Assembly (NCBI GenBank): GCA_943787795.1
Contig: CALSNU010000001.1
Location: 320,001 to 384,000, forward strand
DNA: 64,000 nt
Direction of reading: 5' to 3'
From: an uncultured bacterium
GTDB taxonomy: Bacteria > Planctomycetota > UBA1135 > GCA-002686595
The position numbers were made by a program, and so were the translations under genes. The notes under the pieces were generated by a model. The model saw only the letters and a list, made by a program, of their open reading frames with translations. It was not told where the DNA came from and did no database searches. The first letter of the stretch is position 1, and each line of letters begins with the position of its first letter. Positions 20,192-30,013 of the stretch are shown piece by piece.

Positions 20192-21514
20192 CTACTCCTC
20201 GAACCGGTCCAGCCTCGGTGTGGATCGGAGGTTGAGGTCGCGGACGATGACTCCGGTGTCCGGCCCCTCGATGGCCAGGGAGCAGCCCGGGCCAACGAGT
20301 CCAGCGAGCGACGAGATGCCATCGAGGTCCCGCCGGATCGGAATCAACATGGAATCGAACAGATCCGCATCACCGGTATCGATCGAATGGAGTTTCCACC
20401 CGGCCCCGTCGCAGTCGAACCCGAGCGAGAACGTGCCTGTCCCGGTCTCCTCGCTATACGAGCCGTTCACGGCTCCCACGGTTATGGGCTGAGCGGAGAG
20501 GTGCAGGACCTCTCCCTGCTGGATCCAACTGGTCAGATAGTAGTTGCCCTCGGGGACGTCCGTGAACTCCGCGCTCTTCTTCGAGGGGTCCAGCTCCGTC
20601 GTGGCGAAGCGGCGGATCATGACGGAGTGCTCCGTCTCCTGAACAGAGACGAGGCTGACGCTGGAGCCAGTCCATTCCTCCCTGGAGGTGAAGAGCTGTA
20701 CGAGGGCTCGCTGGAAGGCCACCTCCGTGGTGAAGGTCAGCGACTCGCCCGGCCGGGCGGTGAAGGGGCGGGAGACCTGGGAGGGGCCAACGCGGCTCGG
20801 GGGCCGGGCTCGCACTCGGCCGCCGCCCAGCTCTTCGCCGTAGCCGACCCAGGCCGGGTGACCCGGGACGACCCGATGTCCCGGAGACGCGAGCACGAGG
20901 GGCGCGGAGTTCGTCGGGAAGACGGTCCACGCTTCGTCCCCGGGCTGAAGGGCTCCGGCGACCCCCTCCTCGGGGCGGTCCGCCTCAAGGAACCGATCCC
21001 ACTCCTTCGGGCTCCGGTCGAGGGCGACGAGGGCCTCGCCTGACCCGGGCCCGCTCGCGGAGACCCGGAACTGCCCCTGGACCTCCAGCGTGCCGTCGCT
21101 GGCGGTGTCGCCCTCCAGTCGGACAGGTGCGAAGGCGAAGCCGTCGGCCGGTCGGAGCTCCTCGGTGTTCCGGGGGACGGACAGCGCGCCGTCCGCCGCC
21201 GTGTCGATAGCCTCTGGGTCCGCGCCGCCAGGTCCGATGGGGAGGACCGCGCACTCGGCAAGGGCGAGGCCCGTGTGGGCATCGACCAGGCGGAGCTCGC
21301 GCGTCCCGGCCTCGACCCTCCCCGGCGCCTCGGACTCGGGGCTTCCGAGGCCTTGCACAGGGAGCACCGAGCCCATCTCCTCCGGGACCACAGCGGCGAC
21401 AGGGTCGCGCGTGAGGTGGTCTGGACGCGAATTGGACTCTCCGCGGAGAAGTAGCAGAGCCACCAGGATTGCGCCCGCGGCGCCAGCCAAGAGGAGGAGT
21501 TGAGTGGGCTTCAT
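20192..21514 (-). CDS. Hypothetical membrane-anchored exported protein
   Basis: 440-aa ORF, N-terminal signal-anchor MKPTQLLLLAGAAGAILVALLLL; carboxypeptidase-regulatory-like hints (LVDAHTGLAL..., FTDVPEGNY). Confidence 0.7.
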   Translation of the reverse strand: MKPTQLLLLAGAAGAILVALLLLRGESNSRPDHLTRDPVAAVVPEEMGSVLPVQGLGSPESEAPGRVEAGTRELRLVDAHTGLALAECAVLPIGPGGADPEAIDTAADGALSVPRNTEELRPADGFAFAPVRLEGDTASDGTLEVQGQFRVSASGPGSGEALVALDRSPKEWDRFLEADRPEEGVAGALQPGDEAWTVFPTNSAPLVLASPGHRVVPGHPAWVGYGEELGGGRVRARPPSRVGPSQVSRPFTARPGESLTFTTEVAFQRALVQLFTSREEWTGSSVSLVSVQETEHSVMIRRFATTELDPSKKSAEFTDVPEGNYYLTSWIQQGEVLHLSAQPITVGAVNGSYSEETGTGTFSLGFDCDGAGWKLHSIDTGDADLFDSMLIPIRRDLDGISSLAGLVGPGCSLAIEGPDTGVIVRDLNLRSTPRLDRFEE

Positions 21515-21565
21515 GAGGTTCGGTACGTGCTGTCCTGGAAGTGCTGGGGCGGCGAACGATCGCGC

Positions 21566-22315
21566 CTAGTCCTGCATCGCAAGCGAAAACTCGATCGTGG
21601 CTATGGCTTCAACTTCAGCACTCGCGCTTCCCTCGGCGGGATCGTTCCCGGAGCCGGTCGTCTTCGCGATCTGGAGGGCATGCTCAGCTGCCCAGCCCAC
21701 GTTCACAATGGCCTCATTGGCTTCATGGGTCAATGTGGCGTCGGTGTCAGCGAGTTGCGCCGTCTGCGCTTCTGTTCCGTGCTCCTTGAGCGTGACGGTC
21801 CACGACCCGCCCCACCCAGCGAACGAGAACCCTGCTCCACCGGTCACGGCGCCTGCATGAGCAATGGCCAACGCGGTTCTTTTCTTTGCTAGGGCAACAT
21901 CATCGAGGATCTTGATCTCGACCTCCCCCTCTGCTGCAGCAGCCGCGTGACCGTGGGCATTCGTCATCTCCGCCGAGATCGAACCTTGGACCAGCGCTGA
22001 GCCGCTCACGTAGATCGTCTGGCCTGCCTTGGGAGCGCATGTCACCTTGTACGAGACGGCGTGAGCCAGGTGCTTCTGTGAGGCGACACCGCCGCCGCCA
22101 GCTGTAGTGTCTTCGATTCTGTCCTCGGTCGAGAGCGTGTCTCCGATCACAGGGGAATCGTCTGCCTCGGTAACGACCTTGATCCTCGGCTTGTTCATGT
22201 TTGTTGAGTCGTAGTCACACGTCACTCCCGATTCCGACTGGGCCGCGATGGCTGTGTGCGGCAAGGCGATCGAAGAAATCAGGAGGACGAGGATGTTGGT
22301 CAGGTTGCACTTCAT
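21566..22315 (-). CDS. Hypothetical secreted Ala-rich protein
   Basis: Signal peptide MKCNLTNILVLLISSIALPHTAIAAQ; visibly lower GC than the flanks. Confidence 0.7.
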   Translation of the reverse strand: MKCNLTNILVLLISSIALPHTAIAAQSESGVTCDYDSTNMNKPRIKVVTEADDSPVIGDTLSTEDRIEDTTAGGGGVASQKHLAHAVSYKVTCAPKAGQTIYVSGSALVQGSISAEMTNAHGHAAAAAEGEVEIKILDDVALAKKRTALAIAHAGAVTGGAGFSFAGWGGSWTVTLKEHGTEAQTAQLADTDATLTHEANEAIVNVGWAAEHALQIAKTTGSGNDPAEGSASAEVEAIATIEFSLAMQD

Positions 22316-22861
22316 GGCGATTACCGATGGTGAGTTGAAGGGAAGCGATGCGACAAGCTCGAGCGCGGCGAACCAGCGGTCCGGCGGCGCGAGAGATGCA
22401 CCCTCATGGACCGTGGCGTCACCGGTCAAGCGATCGCGCGTCGACGCCCTCCCTGGGAGCGCTGAGCAGGCCCTCCCTTCGCGCTTCCGCAGATCCGGGA
22501 GCGGACTTTGATGTGCCGTCGACTTATCCACAGCCGCTGGACGGACTGCGGTAGGTCGACCTTCAGTCGATGGATCGCGGGGAAGCGGCGCGCCCTGGCG
22601 GGCCTCCTTGCCCTCCGCCTCGCAGTCGCCGCGCTGCAGCGCGTCCTCCGAGGAGCGGGTCTTGCTGGCGATGGCGACGGGGACGACCGGACCGGCAGCA
22701 GACCGACAGCGGATACGACCGCAGTTGGGGCGCGAGACCCTGCCCCACGGTGCGAGGAGGTCCGATGGCGGAGGGCTCAACCGGCCAGCGGCGCGGGAGC
22801 TCGATCCGCCTCCAGGGGCCCAGGAATCGGGACTGGCGCCTGCGCCAGGGGGGATCGCGAG

Positions 22862-22937
<76 letters not shown>

Positions 22938-23043
22938 TCGCGAGGCGAGAGGGTACGCGCGGAGGCGCGGGAGCGCAACGGGCGAAGGCGGTCCGCGTGA
23001 GGGTGACCGCGCCGGTCTGGCGTGGGCCGGTGGGAGGCGCGGT

Positions 23044-23544
23044 TCAGGGGGCCGGGGCCGGCGCGACGGGGGAGGCGGCGGCGGCTCTCGGGGCGAGCTC
23101 GGGGGCGCGGCGCTCGGCGCGCGCGGTGATGGTGCGGAGGTCGTCCTCGAGGAGTTCGGCCCAGGCCTCCATGTACTGGACGGCGTGGTCGCGGTCCTGG
23201 TGGCGGAGCCAGCGGGCAGGGACGCGGGCGAGGATGCGCGGGTCGGAGAGCTTCTCCAGGTGGCGGAGGTCGCCGATGTGCAGGCCGAGGGCGAGCATCT
23301 CGTCGATCACGTGGTCGATGGCGAGGCCGGAGGTGGGGCAGTGCTCCACCGATTGCTGGGACCAGTCCCCGTGGCGCTCCATGGCGCGGCGGTGGATCTC
23401 GGCGGGGGAGAGCTCGGTCACCGTCTGGGCCAGGTGGCCGCAGATGCACGAGCCCATGTGGCCCCACTGAAAGTTGGAGCCCTCCCGGAGGCGGGCGGCG
23501 GTGGTGCGGAGCGCAGAGATCAGCTTCGGGGTCGCGGTGGCCAT
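23044..23544 (-). CDS. Conserved hypothetical protein
   Basis: LISALRTTAARL...FQWGHMGSCICGHLAQ motif with Cys/His; strong GC3 coding pattern. Confidence 0.8.
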   Translation of the reverse strand: MATATPKLISALRTTAARLREGSNFQWGHMGSCICGHLAQTVTELSPAEIHRRAMERHGDWSQQSVEHCPTSGLAIDHVIDEMLALGLHIGDLRHLEKLSDPRILARVPARWLRHQDRDHAVQYMEAWAELLEDDLRTITARAERRAPELAPRAAAASPVAPAPAP

Positions 23545-23649
23545 GGGCTTATTGTCGGACAGGAGGGGGCGCTTCGGAAGAGACGATTCGCCGCGGGCCG
23601 GGCTCGGGCCCCGTTGGGCGGCCCCGAAGCGAGACCGCCCGGGTACCGG

Positions 23650-24027
23650 TCAGCGCACCCGTCGGACGCGGATGGGCCCCTTGGCCGTCGACGGGTCCAC
23701 GGGGCGGCTCCCCTGGGTGATCTCCACGCGCCCAGCGAGGACCAGGCGGCGGGCCGCACGGCGGGCGGGCTCCATGAGGGGCTTCCAGTCCACGGGTTCG
23801 ACCTCGCGGGCGGCCTCGGAGGGGCAAATGCTCGCGCTCTGTGGGCGAGCCGCCAGGAGCGTCTCGATGGCGGCCTCGAGGGCGAGGTCCACGGGGCGGA
23901 CCCGGCGCTTGCGGCAGGCGGCGCTGCAATAGCGCGCCGGGGTCGCCTGGTCCTTGGTGCTGCGACGGGGGGTCATGCGGCGCCCGCAGGAGGCGCAGTG
24001 GGGGTCGCGGTCTTGGTCGAGGGTCAT
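23650..24027 (-). CDS. DUF2256/DUF3253-like protein (Zn-finger plus winged-helix-like)
   Basis: CASCGR...YCSAAC followed by SICPSEAAR...WKPLMEPARRAARRL...ITQG...VDPSTAKGPIR. Confidence 0.85.
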   Translation of the reverse strand: MTLDQDRDPHCASCGRRMTPRRSTKDQATPARYCSAACRKRRVRPVDLALEAAIETLLAARPQSASICPSEAAREVEPVDWKPLMEPARRAARRLVLAGRVEITQGSRPVDPSTAKGPIRVRRVR

Positions 24028-24090
24028 GGGGGCGCGGGCTGGTTCGCGTCGCCCAGGCCATTCGACCCGGCGGTGGGCGTGGAGGCGGTC

Positions 24091-24721
24091 TCAGTCGGGG
24101 GTGCCATCGCCCCAGCTCCAGCCGGGGGTCGAGGGCGTGTTGGCCCATGCGGTTCCGCGCGCCCCGCAGCTCGACGAGCGCCGAGTGGGTCGAGTTCTGG
24201 CTCCACTGGATGCCCCTGAGGAGCTCCCGGCCGTCCACAAAGGCGTCCGGGCTGGCGCGCAGGCCACCCATGCTCACCACCTCGTCCACGGTCACGATCA
24301 TCTGGACGCTCCCGCTGCGGCCGAAGGGCTCCTCGAAGCGCAGGGTGTTCACCGTCTCGAGGACGTGGTCCTCGTCGAAGAGGAAGAGGGCGGCCTTCCG
24401 GTCGGTTCCGCTTCTGCCGTAGGAGAACTTGAAGTAATCCCCCGCACCCGCTCCGAGGACCGCGCCGAGGCTCAGGCCGAGCTGCGACTCCTTCAGGCGC
24501 ACCGACTCATAGAGCAGCGCGATCTCTCCGCCGCGGGCGCCGAACTCCACCGGGGGGCCCAGAGCGGTGAGCACCTCGCCGAGAGACGCCTCGCCATGCT
24601 CGAAGCCGTCGCACCGGGCCAGGTCCAGGTCGTGGTCGATCCGGAGCTCGACCACCGAGCAGCTGGCGCCGAGCCCCGCCGCAAGAGCCGCGGCGAGCGT
24701 GAGGGGCAGGCGGCCGATCAC
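24091..24721 (-). CDS. Putative lipoprotein (probable 1-bp homopolymer insertion near the 3' end)
   Basis: Lipobox-like LGASC; the called ORF runs through the next gene as low-complexity sequence, but removing one G from ggggg at 24097-24101 or 24124-24128 brings TGA at 24091 into frame. Confidence 0.65.
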
Positions 24722-25080
24722 CGGGCTCCCGCGCCCTCGCTGACGGCGAACTCGGTGAGCACGCCCGAGTCATCGAAGAAGAAGATCGCCCGGTCGAAGT
24801 AGGAGCTCTCCACCCGCTGGTTGTAGAGGAGCAGGATCAGCCCGTCGGCGCGGGAGCGCTCCAGCAGGTAGTAGAGGGCCGTGCCGTCCTCCAGCGCGAG
24901 GACCTGGGACGGGACCCCCACGCGGTCGAGCACGTCGGCCCGGGTGGTGGTGCCCACCACGAAGGACGCGGGGTCCAGCTCCATCCAGACGGGCTCGATG
25001 CCCCGACGAGCGGAGTTGCGAATGCAGCCCGGGCCGACCGAAACGGCGGCGGCGAGGGCGAGGGTGAGGAGGTGGCGCAT
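24718..25080 (-). CDS. BamE/SmpA-like lipoprotein
   Basis: Signal with lipobox-like GPGC; GTTTRADVLDRVGVPS ... FFFDDSGVL pattern; TGATG coupling to the upstream gene. Confidence 0.7.
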   Translation of the reverse strand: MRHLLTLALAAAVSVGPGCIRNSARRGIEPVWMELDPASFVVGTTTRADVLDRVGVPSQVLALEDGTALYYLLERSRADGLILLLYNQRVESSYFDRAIFFFDDSGVLTEFAVSEGAGAR

Positions 25081-26672
25081 CACAGCAGGTCCCACTGGAG
25101 GTAGATGGAGGGGTAGTTGCTGCCGCCCTTGATGCGGCCGAACTGGGAGGCGGACTCGAAGATGGAGGAGCGGTGGTGGACCGCGACCCCGAGCCAGAGC
25201 GCCTTCATCTTCTCGGCGCTGAAGAGGTCGCCCACGTTCACGTCGAGGGAGAAGTCGAGGTAGTTCATGAGGTTGCTGGGACGATAGCCCTTCTCCTCCA
25301 TGCTCTGGCTCTCGATGTAGGTGATGTCCTCGATCCAGCTGATTCCCTCTGCCACGCCGAGCCGCGTCCGCACGGACCAGGGGAAGGTGTAGTAGAGGTG
25401 GATCTTCGCGATCAGCTCGACCGTCGCGTCCTGGACCTCGGACTTGTAGTGATAGGCGAGGCCGGGGCTGAGGTAGACCTGGAGGGGGAGGCCGAAGAGC
25501 TGATCGCTCAGCGGGTGGCCGTAGAAGACCGAGGTCATCTTGTTGTCGAACTCGTCGTCCTCGATGTCGAGGGAGAGGATCTCCCCCAGGTCCGAGGGGG
25601 AGGCGAAGCCCTGGGCCAGGCGGACGAAGGGCGGGGCGTCGATCTCCCGCTCCGTGCGCTCCTGCCCGGCGGGGCGGCCGAGGAACTGCGGCTCGCCGCG
25701 GTCCTGGAAGAATCCGAAGCCCAGGAAGCTCTCGAAAGAGCCCGACTCGTTGATCGCGTCGAGCCCGCGGATCTCGCTGCCGAAGGCGTTGTAGCGCAGG
25801 GCGCCCACCAGGTAGAGGTCGCTCACCAGGTGGTACCGACCCGCGACCTCGGGGGAGATGATGAAGGCACCGTCCGCGGATTGACCCGTGGCTGGCTCCA
25901 CCGCGTAGTAGCGGCTGATGAAGTCATCCGTGCCGTAGCGGAGGTTCAGGCCAGGCTCGAGGATCCAGTCCTTGCCGGTGAAGGTCGTCCCGCCGCGCAG
26001 GTTGCCGTACAGGTTGCCGCGCGGGTCGCTCATGACCTCGGCCTGCCACCAGAGGTCGCCGAGGTCCTTCTGGTACTGGAGGCCGAAGTCAGCGGTGTCG
26101 CCCTGCACCTCGTTCTGAAACTCCTTCGGGATGTCGAAGAAGCGCATGCGGGCCAGGGCGTTGACCTCCTCGTCCTCGTCCTTCCACAGGTGTGCGCCGC
26201 CGGAGGTGCCGCGGATGAAGAAGTCCTCGCCCTCGAAGAACATCATCGGGACGAAGCTCGAGACCGACTGGTTGCTCCCCGTGAAGGGGATGGTCGCGGT
26301 GCGGACCGCCGCCGCGATCCCCCAGTCCGCCTGGACGCTTCGAACCTGTGCGATCTTCTCGGCCGCGGAGAGCCCCGACCCATCCGCTACGGCTCCACTC
26401 GCCGGATCGCCTTCCTGGGCGGCGGCGTCCGTCGACTCATCCCAGGTGCCTTCGGGGCGGCTTGCGGTCCGCCTCGCCCGAGCCGCCGGCGCCGTGGAGG
26501 CCCGAGCCGGGACTTCAGCCGAGACCCCGCTGGGTGCCGAGGTGGGTGCCGAGGTGGGTGCCGAGGTGAGGCGGAGGTGCTGCTCTGCGCCCGGTTTGAC
26601 GGGCCGAACGGCGCCCGGGGTCGAGCAGCCTACGAGGGGGAGGAAGAGGAGAAGGAGGGTCTGCAGACGCAT
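25080..26672 (-). CDS. MipA/OmpV-family outer membrane protein with a second C-terminal barrel region
   Basis: Lipobox LVGC; FVPMMFFEGEDFFIRG, ARMRFFDIPKEFQN, RYY; C-terminal HHRSSIF...GGSNY. Confidence 0.8.
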   Translation of the reverse strand: MRLQTLLLLFLPLVGCSTPGAVRPVKPGAEQHLRLTSAPTSAPTSAPSGVSAEVPARASTAPAARARRTASRPEGTWDESTDAAAQEGDPASGAVADGSGLSAAEKIAQVRSVQADWGIAAAVRTATIPFTGSNQSVSSFVPMMFFEGEDFFIRGTSGGAHLWKDEDEEVNALARMRFFDIPKEFQNEVQGDTADFGLQYQKDLGDLWWQAEVMSDPRGNLYGNLRGGTTFTGKDWILEPGLNLRYGTDDFISRYYAVEPATGQSADGAFIISPEVAGRYHLVSDLYLVGALRYNAFGSEIRGLDAINESGSFESFLGFGFFQDRGEPQFLGRPAGQERTEREIDAPPFVRLAQGFASPSDLGEILSLDIEDDEFDNKMTSVFYGHPLSDQLFGLPLQVYLSPGLAYHYKSEVQDATVELIAKIHLYYTFPWSVRTRLGVAEGISWIEDITYIESQSMEEKGYRPSNLMNYLDFSLDVNVGDLFSAEKMKALWLGVAVHHRSSIFESASQFGRIKGGSNYPSIYLQWDLL

Positions 26673-26763
26673 GGGGGCTCCGGCAAGATCCCAACCGCAC
26701 CGAGTCTAATCCGCAAGGGTCCCCTCGGGGCGAGGCCAACGGCTGGCCACCGCCCCGGGTCGA

Positions 26764-28593
26764 TCAGACGACCGCGGCGGCCTTCTTCTTGGCGCGCTTG
26801 CGCTCGTTCTCGTCGAGGAGGCGCTTGCGGAGCCGGAGGTTCTTGGGCGTGACCTCGAGGAGCTCGTCGTCCTCCACGTACTCGAGGCACTCCTCGAGGG
26901 ACATGATCTTCGGCGGGGCGATCTTGGCGTTGTCGTCCCGGCCGGAGGCGCGCATGTTGGTGAGCTTCTTCGCGCGGCACACGTTGAGCTCGAGATCGCC
27001 GTCGCGGTTGTTCTCGCCGACGATCATGCCGGTGTAGACCGCCGTGCTCACGGGCACGAAGAACTGACCGCGGTCCTGCAGGCCGTCGAGGGCGTAGGCG
27101 ATGACGTCGCCGCCGCGATCAGCCACGAGCACGCCGTTGGTGCGGCGGGGGATTGGGCCGCCGTCCTTCTCCCAGCTCTCGAACACGTGGCTCAGCACGG
27201 CCTCGCCCTGGCTCAGGGTGAGCAGCGCGGTCCGAGCGCCGATCAGGCCGCGGGCGGGAATCTTGAAGTCCAAGCGGGTCAGTTCGCTGGCGGCGTCCAT
27301 GTGGAGCATCTCGCCGCGCCGGCGGCCGAGATACTCGATGATGCGGCCGGCGTGCTCGCCGGGGACCTCGATGGTGGCGCGCTCGTAGGGCTCGCAGCGG
27401 GTGCCGTCCACTTCCTTGAGGATGACGTGGGGCTTGCCCACGGCGAACTCGTAGCCCTCGCGGCGCATGGTCTCGATGAGCACCGAGAGGTGCATGACGC
27501 CCCGGCCCTTGACCTCGAAGGCGTCCGCGCTGTTGGTGGAGGCGAGCTGCAGCGCCACGTCGCGGGTGGCGGCGCGCTCGAGGCGCGCGAGGACCTGGCG
27601 GCTGGTGACGTAGTCGCCCTCCTGGCCAGCGAACGGGGAGTTGTTGACGTAGAAGACCATCGAGATGGTCGGCTCGTCGAGGGCGATGGCGGGCAGGGCC
27701 TCGATGTGCTCGGGGTCGCAGAGCGTGTCCCCGATGCTGAGCTCCTCGACGCCCGTGACGATCGCGATGTCGCCGCACAGGACCTCCTCCGCAGGGACCC
27801 GCTGGAGGCCCTCGTAGCGGAAGAGCTTCTTCGGCAGGACGGAGAGCGGCTTCTCGCGGTCGGGGTGGGCGAGGGCGTACCGCCGTCCGATCTTCAGGCT
27901 CCCGCGCCCGACACGGCCCACGGCGATGCGGCCGAGGAAGTCGTCGTGGTCGAGGGTCGTGGCCTGGAACTGAACGGGGCCGTCCGCGTCCATGTTGGGC
28001 GGGGGCACGTGCTCGAGGATCTGCTGGAAGAGCGCCTCGAGGTTGTCGGTCTCTTGCGCGGGGTCCTCGGAGGCCCAGCCGTCACGGCCGGACCCGTAGA
28101 TGACGGGGAACTCGAGCTGCTCGTCGCTGGCTCCGAGCTCGACGAACAGGTCAAACACCTCGTTGAGGACCTCTTCGGGGCGCGCGTCAGGGCGGTCGAT
28201 CTTGTTGACCATCACCAGCGCCTTGAGGTTGTGCTCGAACGCCTTGCGCAGCACGAAGCGCGTCTGCGGCATGGGGCCTTCGAAGGCGTCGACGAGCAGC
28301 AGTACGGCGTCGGCCATGTTGAGCGTCCGCTCGACCTGGCCGCCGAAGTCGGCGTGCCCCGGCGTGTCGACGATGTTGATGCGCGTCCCCTGATACGAGA
28401 TCGCGGTGTTCTTCGCGAGGATGGTGATCCCGCGCTCGCGCTCCTGATCGTTGGAGTCCAGGGCACGCTCGGCGATCACCTGGTTGTCGCGGAAGGTGCC
28501 CGCGTAGCGGAACATCGCGTCGACAAGGGTGGTCTTGCCATGGTCGACGTGGGCGACGATGGCCAGGTTTCGGATCTCAGGGGCGGTCGACAT
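26764..28593 (-). CDS. typA: Translational GTPase TypA/BipA
   Basis: [67 protein letters not shown]. Confidence 0.97.
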   Translation of the reverse strand: MSTAPEIRNLAIVAHVDHGKTTLVDAMFRYAGTFRDNQVIAERALDSNDQERERGITILAKNTAISYQGTRINIVDTPGHADFGGQVERTLNMADAVLLLVDAFEGPMPQTRFVLRKAFEHNLKALVMVNKIDRPDARPEEVLNEVFDLFVELGASDEQLEFPVIYGSGRDGWASEDPAQETDNLEALFQQILEHVPPPNMDADGPVQFQATTLDHDDFLGRIAVGRVGRGSLKIGRRYALAHPDREKPLSVLPKKLFRYEGLQRVPAEEVLCGDIAIVTGVEELSIGDTLCDPEHIEALPAIALDEPTISMVFYVNNSPFAGQEGDYVTSRQVLARLERAATRDVALQLASTNSADAFEVKGRGVMHLSVLIETMRREGYEFAVGKPHVILKEVDGTRCEPYERATIEVPGEHAGRIIEYLGRRRGEMLHMDAASELTRLDFKIPARGLIGARTALLTLSQGEAVLSHVFESWEKDGGPIPRRTNGVLVADRGGDVIAYALDGLQDRGQFFVPVSTAVYTGMIVGENNRDGDLELNVCRAKKLTNMRASGRDDNAKIAPPKIMSLEECLEYVEDDELLEVTPKNLRLRKRLLDENERKRAKKKAAAVV

Positions 28594-28731
28594 CGGCGTG
28601 GCGGTGCTGCGTGGCCGGCGCAAGCCGGACGGGAGGCGGAGGCCAGGCGTCCCGTGATGGGGGCCTGGGTTCGGGAGGCCGTTGGGTCCAGGGCAGACCT
28701 GCCGGGCACGGGCAACCTCCCGCTCTCCCGT

Positions 28732-28785
28732 GTTCGAGGGCAAAGAGGTGTTCGAGGGCAAAAAGGGGTTCGAGGGCAAAGAGGG
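28732..28785. repeat. 18-bp tandem repeat x3 (GTTCGAGGGCAAAGAGG[TG]) upstream of typA
   Basis: Read directly. Confidence 0.85.
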
Positions 28786-29092
28786 TACGGACCCAACCCT
28801 CACACCGGAACCGCTGGCGAGCCATCTTGGTGGTCGGTCCCGTTCCGACCCTCCAGGGGCTGCGCCACCCAGTGGGTCGCTGGTCGTGCGGCTCGGCGCT
28901 GGGAAACCGTGGTCGGGCGGTCTCGATCAGGGCCCCGTGTCGCCTGGCTGTGAGCCGGCGAGGGCGTTCGATCGAGGCACCTTGCCTGCCTGTTGGGGTG
29001 GCCTCGGGGACCCTTGGGGCGGCGAGAGCGGCCCTCTGGCCGGCCCAGCGGCGGATCCAGCGGCGGATCCAGCGGCGAATTCCGTCGCCGGC

Positions 29093-29875
29093 TCAGTGGG
29101 CCGCTGGGCCGATCAACAGGGAGAGGCAGGTCAGCCCGGCCTCGGCCTTGTGGAACTCGCTGATGTCGACCGGGTGCAGGGGGTAGCCCACGGCGTCGAG
29201 CCTCTCAGCGGTCCTGGGGGCCGCCTCGGACACCACGAGCCGGTCGCCGACCTTGAGGACGTTGGGGCCCGCGGGCTCGTCGGGGTCTGCGTCCAAGACC
29301 TGAAGACCGTCGAGCCCCTCGGCGTCAAGGTCGAGGGCGCGGGGGTCGGCGAGGAGTCGATCGTCACCTAGCCAGGACAGCACGGTCTTGAGGTGGAGGG
29401 CGCCGCGCACGGGGACACCCCATACAGGCCTGCGCGAGACGTGGCGCAGGGAGGCCACTCCGGCCGCATCCGTCCGCGTCGAGAGCCCGACGAGGATGCG
29501 GTCGGGGAGCTGCAGGACATCGCCGCCGTCGAGACTCCCGGAGGGCAGACTCTCCACGGGTATGAGGTCCTCGAGGACGCGTCCGAGCGCAGCCACCTCT
29601 CCGCGCCGGCTCGCGGCCCCGGGCCGTGTCAAGACAGCACGCCCGGGGAGCGCGATGGCCGGGTCCTCGACGAAGCAGGCGTCGGGGAAGCCCTCGAGCG
29701 GTTCGAGCGTCATCACCTCGAGCCCCACCTCGCTCAACACCCTCGAGTAGGCGGCGTGTTGCTCCGCGGCGAGGGCCGGGTCGATGCGACCGCGCTGCAG
29801 GTGAGTCAGCTCGCAGTCGGCGAGCGAGGTCCCTGGGGAGCGGACGATGGCGAGGGTGCGGTCCTTGGTGTTCAC
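29093..29875 (-). CDS. Dimethylarginine dimethylaminohydrolase (amidinotransferase superfamily)
   Basis: FPDACFVED, SRRGE, LDGGDVL, LHLKT, KAEAGLTCLS with catalytic Cys. Confidence 0.92.
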   Translation of the reverse strand: MNTKDRTLAIVRSPGTSLADCELTHLQRGRIDPALAAEQHAAYSRVLSEVGLEVMTLEPLEGFPDACFVEDPAIALPGRAVLTRPGAASRRGEVAALGRVLEDLIPVESLPSGSLDGGDVLQLPDRILVGLSTRTDAAGVASLRHVSRRPVWGVPVRGALHLKTVLSWLGDDRLLADPRALDLDAEGLDGLQVLDADPDEPAGPNVLKVGDRLVVSEAAPRTAERLDAVGYPLHPVDISEFHKAEAGLTCLSLLIGPAAH

Positions 29876-30013
29876 GGAGAAGCCTGGGCTCGGACCCGGG
29901 ATCGGAGAGGGGCAGACCTTACCCCGAGCGGCCACCGAGGGGACCTCGATGGATCCGGTCCCTGGCGCCGAGGGTCAACCTGTTTGGCTCCAGGGCCTCA
30001 GGGCTTCAGAGCC

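Noticed and set aside
22500..22560. Replication origin around the DnaA box
   Set aside because: Single box, no AT-rich unwinding element, no dnaA/dnaN nearby.
23549..24090. C-terminal extension of the 390-aa ORF
   Set aside because: Pro/Arg-rich off-frame read-through overlapping the DUF3253-like gene; better explained by a 1-bp homopolymer insertion.
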